Part shown: in pieces, positions 59,011-64,000 of the stretch
How the letters are laid out: each line of letters begins with the position of its first letter
Numbering within the stretch: the first letter of the stretch is position 1
From: an uncultured Bacteriovoracaceae bacterium
Lineage (GTDB): Bacteria; Bdellovibrionota; UBA2394
Direction: 5' to 3'
Assembly (NCBI GenBank): GCA_964598565.1
Contig: CAZRCG010000010.1
Span: forward strand, 25,188-89,187
DNA: 64,000 nt
The notes under the pieces: generated by a model
Database searches by the model: none
Told to the model about the DNA's origin: nothing
What the model saw: only the letters and a program-made list of their open reading frames with translations
Position numbers and translations under genes: made by a program

Positions 59011-59865
59011 GTGACCGAAAAATCAATTCCTTATGTAAAAATGCATGGTTGCCACAACGACTACTTATTTGTGGACAATCGCGAGGGGCGATGGAGCGCG
59101 ATCGACTGGCCAAGTCTATCGCGACGTTATTCGAACCGAAGCAGCGGCATAGGCTCTGATGGTATTATTGTGGTGGATGCTCCAAAGAATGAGAAGGCGA
59201 GCGCCTTCATGAGGGTCTTCAATGCCGATGGGTCGGAGGCCAAGATGTGTGGCAACGGTATTCGCTGCGTTGCCAAACTGCTTCATGAATGGAATGGGCC
59301 ACGCGATGAGTGGATCATTGAAACGCCCTCGGGTTTAAGGACTTGCTCGATAAAAGATTCGACGAATGCCGAGCGCTTCATTGTCGAAGTGAATATGGGG
59401 CGAGCCTCATTTTTACCATCATCCATTCCGGTATTGTTCGACGATATGATGGTGCTCAACGAAGAATTTGACGTGCTTGACCGAACCTTTCACATTTCGT
59501 GCGTTTCGGTGGGTAATCCGCACTGTGTTATTCGGGTGGATAACTTAGAGGCCTTTCCGGTTGAGAAATACGGACCCCTTATCGAAAAGCATGAGGTTTT
59601 TCCCGAAGGTGTGAACGTTGAGTTTATCGAGATAAAAGGAGGCGAGGTCTACCAGCGCACATGGGAGCGCGGCAGCGGCGAAACCCAAGCCTGTGGGTCG
59701 GGGGCGACCGCCGTGGGCATCGTCTTGATGCTTGCCAAAGAATTTCGTAGTGAAGTGAAAGTTCATTTAAAAGGGGGCGATTTGGTCATCAATTGGGATG
59801 GTCTGCGTGAAGCGTGGATGACCGGCGAGGCTGTGACGGAATCTCGCGGAACAATGATGGTATGA
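59011..59865 (+). CDS. dapF: Diaminopimelate epimerase
   Basis: YVKMHGCHNDYLFVD and two catalytic Cys (CGNGIRC, ACGSGATA). Confidence 0.9.
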   Translation: MTEKSIPYVKMHGCHNDYLFVDNREGRWSAIDWPSLSRRYSNRSSGIGSDGIIVVDAPKNEKASAFMRVFNADGSEAKMCGNGIRCVAKLLHEWNGPRDEWIIETPSGLRTCSIKDSTNAERFIVEVNMGRASFLPSSIPVLFDDMMVLNEEFDVLDRTFHISCVSVGNPHCVIRVDNLEAFPVEKYGPLIEKHEVFPEGVNVEFIEIKGGEVYQRTWERGSGETQACGSGATAVGIVLMLAKEFRSEVKVHLKGGDLVINWDGLREAWMTGEAVTESRGTMMV

Positions 59866-59905
59866 GATCTGGCCTGGCGAAATCTTTCGCGGTAATTTAT
59901 GGGCT

Positions 59906-60190
59906 ATGAATTACGATCACAACGAATCGAACCAAGGATCTCAAAGCGAATCAGACCTGCGTGCTGAACTAGAGCGGCTGAAGGCTGAAAATGAAAGTCT
60001 CAAGCAAGCTCGACCGGTTCGCGGCGTGCTTTCTATGAAAGTCAGTGAAAAAGGGGCGCTTTCTGTTTACGGATTGGGCCGTTTTCCCGTCACCTTGTAC
60101 AAAGAGCAGTGGATAAAGCTTTTGGGTATGACGGACGAAATTCGCGAGTTTATCAAGACCAACGAATCTCGACTGAAAACCAAAGACTGA
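59906..60190 (+). CDS. Hypothetical small protein (coiled-coil N-terminus)
   Basis: 94 aa, LRAELERLKAENESLKQ then GALSVYGLGRFPVTLYKEQWIKLL. No confident family. Confidence 0.4.
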   Translation: MNYDHNESNQGSQSESDLRAELERLKAENESLKQARPVRGVLSMKVSEKGALSVYGLGRFPVTLYKEQWIKLLGMTDEIREFIKTNESRLKTKD

Positions 60191-60251
60191 CGCCTTTGTG
60201 AGCGGATACCCGTGAACTGATTCCCTCGATTTTATTTGAAGTTTGTCTAAG

Positions 60252-60467
60252 TTAATGAGAGGCCGTATCGCTTGAGGTGAGAGATTCGGCAGACGTAAAG
60301 TCGTAGTCTGCTTCAGAGCCAAGGGCTTTAAGGTATTGCTCACGCTCTTGCTTAGTCATAAATCCGTGCTGAATTTTCTTCTCCATCAGGCGAAGATCGT
60401 ATTTAGTTTCTTCGGCTGTGTGAGACAGAATTACCTGAGTTCCTGAAGGACTTGATGTTTTTCCCAT
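60252..60467 (-). CDS. Hypothetical small protein
   Basis: About 71 aa from the internal M. Weak support. Confidence 0.25.
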   Translation of the reverse strand: MGKTSSPSGTQVILSHTAEETKYDLRLMEKKIQHGFMTKQEREQYLKALGSEADYDFTSAESLTSSDTASH

Positions 60468-60512
60468 GCAAGATGATTTGCCTCTGGATGACAATAAGGT
60501 CAAGATTTCTTT

Positions 60513-62237
60513 ATGAAATCAAGTGCTTCGAATTCAAAAGAAAGTGACAGCTTTTCGCTCGCCCTGTTTAATGGCTACCTTTTAGAGAACCAGATTTTGC
60601 CCTATCCTAAGCCCGATAGCACCTCTTGGGACCAAATTACAGACCTCGTCGATCGTTTTTCAGGCGATGTGGACTCTAAGAAAATTGATGAGGAGTCCAA
60701 AATTCCTCCAGAGTTGATTGATTCGATGAAGCAGATGGGCCTCTTTGGCATGATTATTCCCGAAGAATTTGGCGGCTTTGGGCTCGGGCAAACAGGCTAT
60801 TCAAAGGTGATGGAAAAGATGGTGCAGGTGGACCCTTCGCTTACCATTACTCTGGGTGCTCACCAATCGATTGGGCTTAAGGGGCTTCTTATTTTTGGTA
60901 CGGATAAACAAAAAAAGACTTATTTACCTCGTTTGGCCACTGGCGAGATGGTGGCGGCGTTTGCGCTCACCGAGCCTACGAGTGGAAGTGACGCTCAATC
61001 GATCAAGACCAAGGCCAAACTATCGAGTGATGGAAACCACTATATTCTGAATGGATCGAAACTGTGGATTACTAATGGAGGCCTTGCCGACTATTTCACC
61101 GTATTTGCCAAGGTCGATGTCATCCAAGATGGTGAGACCAAAGAAAAGGTAACGGCGTTCATCGTCGAGCGCTCAATGGGTGTTAAAAGTCTTGGTGAAG
61201 AGCACAAGCTTGGTATCAAGGGGTCGTCAACGGTTCAACTTGTTTTAGAAGATGTGAAGGTGCCCGCTGAAAATATTTTGGGCGAGGTTGGTAAGGGCTT
61301 CAAGGTAGCCATGAATATTTTAAATAGCGGACGTCTGGGATTGGCGGCTGGTTGCGTGGGGGGGAGTAAGTTCATGTTGCGAGAAGCGGTGAAATATGCC
61401 GTGGAACGCAAGCAATTCGATCGCCGGCTCTGTGACTTTAAGATGCTCAAAGCCTATATCGCTCAAATGGAAGTGACGACCTATGTGCTTGAGAGCATGG
61501 TCTATCTGACCACCGATTGGGTGGATAGAGGAGTCAGCGACTACTCCATGGAGTCGGCCATTTGCAAAGTGTTTGGATCTGAAACTCTCTGGGACAATGT
61601 GAATCGCTCCCTCCAGATTGCGGGCGGTAACGGATATATGAAAGATTATCCCTTTGAGCGTTCGCTGCGTGACTCGAGAATCAATCTTATTTTTGAGGGC
61701 ACCAACGAGATACTCCGACTCTTTATTTCACTGACGGGGCTTCAAGCGGTAGCGTATCAGCTGAAAGGCACTCAGGCTGCCGTGCAACAACTTTATGCAG
61801 AACCCATCAAGGGATTTGGGGCTTTTTACGACTATGCGACGAAGCGGCTACGTCAGAAATTTTCGCCTGAGATGGCAAAAAAATTACATCCTCTTTTGGC
61901 GCCTCAAATAAAACATTTGGGACTTTCAATTGCCGCACTTTCAGAATCTGCGGAGATGGTCGTTAAGAAATATAAGAAGGACGTCGTAGAAGAGCAGCAT
62001 GATTTGCGGAGAATTGCAGATATTACGATTGATTGCTTTGCGATGGCATCGGTGCTGGCGCGTGTGACTTCAGAAATCGAAGCTAAGGGCCAAGACGAAA
62101 CATTGCATGAGCGTCAGATCGCGGCTGTTTTTTGTTCTGAGGCGCGTCGACGAGTTCGAACCAATGCGCGGGGGCTTGAGACCAATAAAGATAAAGCCCT
62201 CGATGCAATTTGTGATCGCGTTGTGAAGCGCTCTTAG
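60513..62237 (+). CDS. Acyl-CoA dehydrogenase, long form with a C-terminal extension (VLCAD/ACAD9-like)
   Basis: ACAD motifs FALTEPTSGSD, LNGSKLWITNGG, and the Glu region IFEGTNEI. About 180-aa C-terminal extension. Confidence 0.85.
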   Translation: MKSSASNSKESDSFSLALFNGYLLENQILPYPKPDSTSWDQITDLVDRFSGDVDSKKIDEESKIPPELIDSMKQMGLFGMIIPEEFGGFGLGQTGYSKVMEKMVQVDPSLTITLGAHQSIGLKGLLIFGTDKQKKTYLPRLATGEMVAAFALTEPTSGSDAQSIKTKAKLSSDGNHYILNGSKLWITNGGLADYFTVFAKVDVIQDGETKEKVTAFIVERSMGVKSLGEEHKLGIKGSSTVQLVLEDVKVPAENILGEVGKGFKVAMNILNSGRLGLAAGCVGGSKFMLREAVKYAVERKQFDRRLCDFKMLKAYIAQMEVTTYVLESMVYLTTDWVDRGVSDYSMESAICKVFGSETLWDNVNRSLQIAGGNGYMKDYPFERSLRDSRINLIFEGTNEILRLFISLTGLQAVAYQLKGTQAAVQQLYAEPIKGFGAFYDYATKRLRQKFSPEMAKKLHPLLAPQIKHLGLSIAALSESAEMVVKKYKKDVVEEQHDLRRIADITIDCFAMASVLARVTSEIEAKGQDETLHERQIAAVFCSEARRRVRTNARGLETNKDKALDAICDRVVKRS

Positions 62238-62314
62238 AGCCCCGACAACAAAATCACGTTTTTGGCGGGCTCCTTGTTTCACAAGGGATATCCGTTGCAG
62301 CTTCGGACGCTCTC

Positions 62315-63508
62315 TTACCGTGTCGCAAAATAAACAGGGCTCAAATACGTATTGTTAAAATCAAGATAAGCTCGATCTAATTTTTCCTGAAGGTTTTGAA
62401 TCCATACTTGAGGGTCATCAGGGTAAGCTCGGCCAATTTTGTGAAAGATGCGGGGTTCGGAGTCATTCACATCAGTCCAAAAAATGGCCTTTTCTCGTGC
62501 GTCGTTAATCAGTTTACTGAGCTTTTCCATGCGAGCATTGAACGTTTGTACAATCTGTTGATGGTCGGCGAGAGCGGCGTTTCGATGAGAGGTCGTCAGC
62601 TGACGAAGAGTATGAGCTCGTTCATTGGCCAGGTTCATCTGATGCCAATCGAGTGACCTTATCGTTTGAGAAATTTGCATTCCCAGAGCATCAACTTGAT
62701 CGAGAAGAGCGTGGGTTTCTTTCCAGTTCTCAAGAGCACTGCGGAGGGTCATCTGAGCATAGTCCTGAGTCACAGAGTCATCAGAATTCAATCGACGCTG
62801 CAAGTCAGCATTGGGCTTTGCCTCCACAAAGCTTCGACTCAAATATTTTTGATTGGGCTCTAGCCAAATATGCATCAAGCCCGCTCGTCTTTGGCTCTCT
62901 TTGAGAAGACTCATATAGCGCCTCACCGAAGCGCTAAGATTTTGAATTAAAGCGTCTTGATTCTGTGTGGAGACTTGTGGCGGTACCGGTGAATGTGTCG
63001 GTGCCGCCGTTGGCGTGGGAATATATGCAGGTCGTGATACGACAGGTGCTGCAGTAGTTGTTGGGGTAGTGACTGCAACAGGGGCGGACGTTATCGATAC
63101 TTGAATAATAGGCCTCGGTTGACGAGATGATATTAGTGATGGCGCTGACATGGGTACGGCAGCTCGATGCATAATTCTATCTATCTGAACCGAAAAACTG
63201 GGAGTGGCTGTGGGAGAACATATCTCGATGGGCTTATGTCGCTGAGGAATGATCAGGGACTCAGCTCTCGGCGATAAAAAACGTTTCTTTGCAGGACTTT
63301 GTTTAAGTTGTTCACTCTGAATTCTAGTGTCAGAAGATTTCTCTGATCGGACGCTTTTTTCTACAGAATCTTTCTGCCGATCTCTTTTCTTAAGCTGTCC
63401 GTGAAAGAGCTTTCCTAGCCAGGTCTTTCGCTCTCGTTTTGGCTCTCTATCAGACGAAGCCATGACTGGACCTAAACAAATCTGGCAGCCCAGAGCAGCC
63501 ATCATGGT
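62315..63508 (-). CDS. Hypothetical protein (possible lipoprotein) with a Pro/Thr-rich linker
   Basis: Start taken at MMAALGCQ (lipobox-like). Central PT-rich region. The ORF is open upstream to 63628. Confidence 0.4.
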   Translation of the reverse strand, partial: TMMAALGCQICLGPVMASSDREPKRERKTWLGKLFHGQLKKRDRQKDSVEKSVRSEKSSDTRIQSEQLKQSPAKKRFLSPRAESLIIPQRHKPIEICSPTATPSFSVQIDRIMHRAAVPMSAPSLISSRQPRPIIQVSITSAPVAVTTPTTTAAPVVSRPAYIPTPTAAPTHSPVPPQVSTQNQDALIQNLSASVRRYMSLLKESQRRAGLMHIWLEPNQKYLSRSFVEAKPNADLQRRLNSDDSVTQDYAQMTLRSALENWKETHALLDQVDALGMQISQTIRSLDWHQMNLANERAHTLRQLTTSHRNAALADHQQIVQTFNARMEKLSKLINDAREKAIFWTDVNDSEPRIFHKIGRAYPDDPQVWIQNLQEKLDRAYLDFNNTYLSPVYFATR

Positions 63509-63781
63509 TATGAGGCCTATGGGTCGGAGTGATCGAGGCGATGGTACTGCAGTGGCCGTAATCGCAAAGTTTGTACTGAGGGACTTTGGCTCCACGATCG
63601 AACGGCTCAATGTAGGATTGTATGCCATACCCTCAATGGCTGCAGGATCTATGCCAAACTATCTCCTGGAAATGCCTAACTATCTCCTTGGAATCACAAA
63701 GATTCTGAATTTTATGATGTAGATTTTGGTGTAGATTTTGGACACACCTGGGACATTTTTGTTACTGGGGGAGTTCATTCC

Positions 63782-64000
63782 TTACTCCGACTTTACTGCT
63801 TCGGCGACCGGCGCCAAGATGGAGTTCCGCCAAAGCTCGTATACACCTGACTCCAAAAGAAATTGACGGGTAATAGTGACTGAATCCGAGACATTGCTCA
63901 TAAGCTTTCGAATGGCGTCTTGCTGTAGCTGAAGAAGCCGTGCCTTTTCAAGACGAGATGCCAACGGATGCGATAACCAATTATAAAGTAGGAGTCGCAG
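63782..64000 (-). CDS. Partial CDS (3' end only). Hypothetical.
   Basis: The frame is open to the window edge. The ORF-track start is only a TTG. Confidence 0.3.
   Translation of the reverse strand: MRLLLYNWLSHPLASRLEKARLLQLQQDAIRKLMSNVSDSVTITRQFLLESGVYELWRNSILAPVAEAVKSE

Overview
This 64 kb window is a gene-dense bacterial chromosomal segment with about 50% GC. The gene content resembles a Bdellovibrio-like or Oligoflexia-type proteobacterium. The signs are a mitochondrial-type aconitase, a Bacillus-type b558 sdhCAB, many secreted S8 peptidases, type IV pilin-like genes and kinases with MshEN domains. This taxonomic guess has low confidence. I found no rRNA, tRNA, CRISPR array or transposase.

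Housekeeping genes:
- acnA, sdhCAB, a sigma-54 regulator with a GAF domain, mgtC, an SDR oxidoreductase, speA and an S41 peptidase.
- mdh, rpoH, a SulP permease and a ROK kinase.
- An overlapping peptidoglycan-recycling operon ldcA / beta-lactamase-family / mpl.
- An ABC-F ATPase, srkA, shc, dapF and an acyl-CoA dehydrogenase.

Accessory-looking content:
- A VapBC-like toxin-antitoxin pair whose promoter ends only 7 nt before the antitoxin ATG, which may give a leaderless mRNA.
- An island at 8.2-17.4 kb of secreted proteases: an active S8 lipoprotein, a catalytically degenerate S8 paralog and an M4-like Zn-protease. Paralogous type IV pilin-like genes bracket it.
- A decayed AAA_14/DUF4143 ATPase pseudogene in front of mgtC.
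- A long co-directional minus-strand array at 31.4-39.0 kb, containing an HNH endonuclease with its 5' repeats and an rpoH-linked repeat-containing membrane protein.
- A REC-PilZ / FtsB-like / FIST operon.
- A secreted hypothetical gene followed by a 766-aa secreted metallophosphoesterase.

The minus-strand array, detailed in the first finding, is my best candidate for an undescribed functional module. The bracketed protease island is the second. All domain calls were made by eye from motifs, with no database searches.
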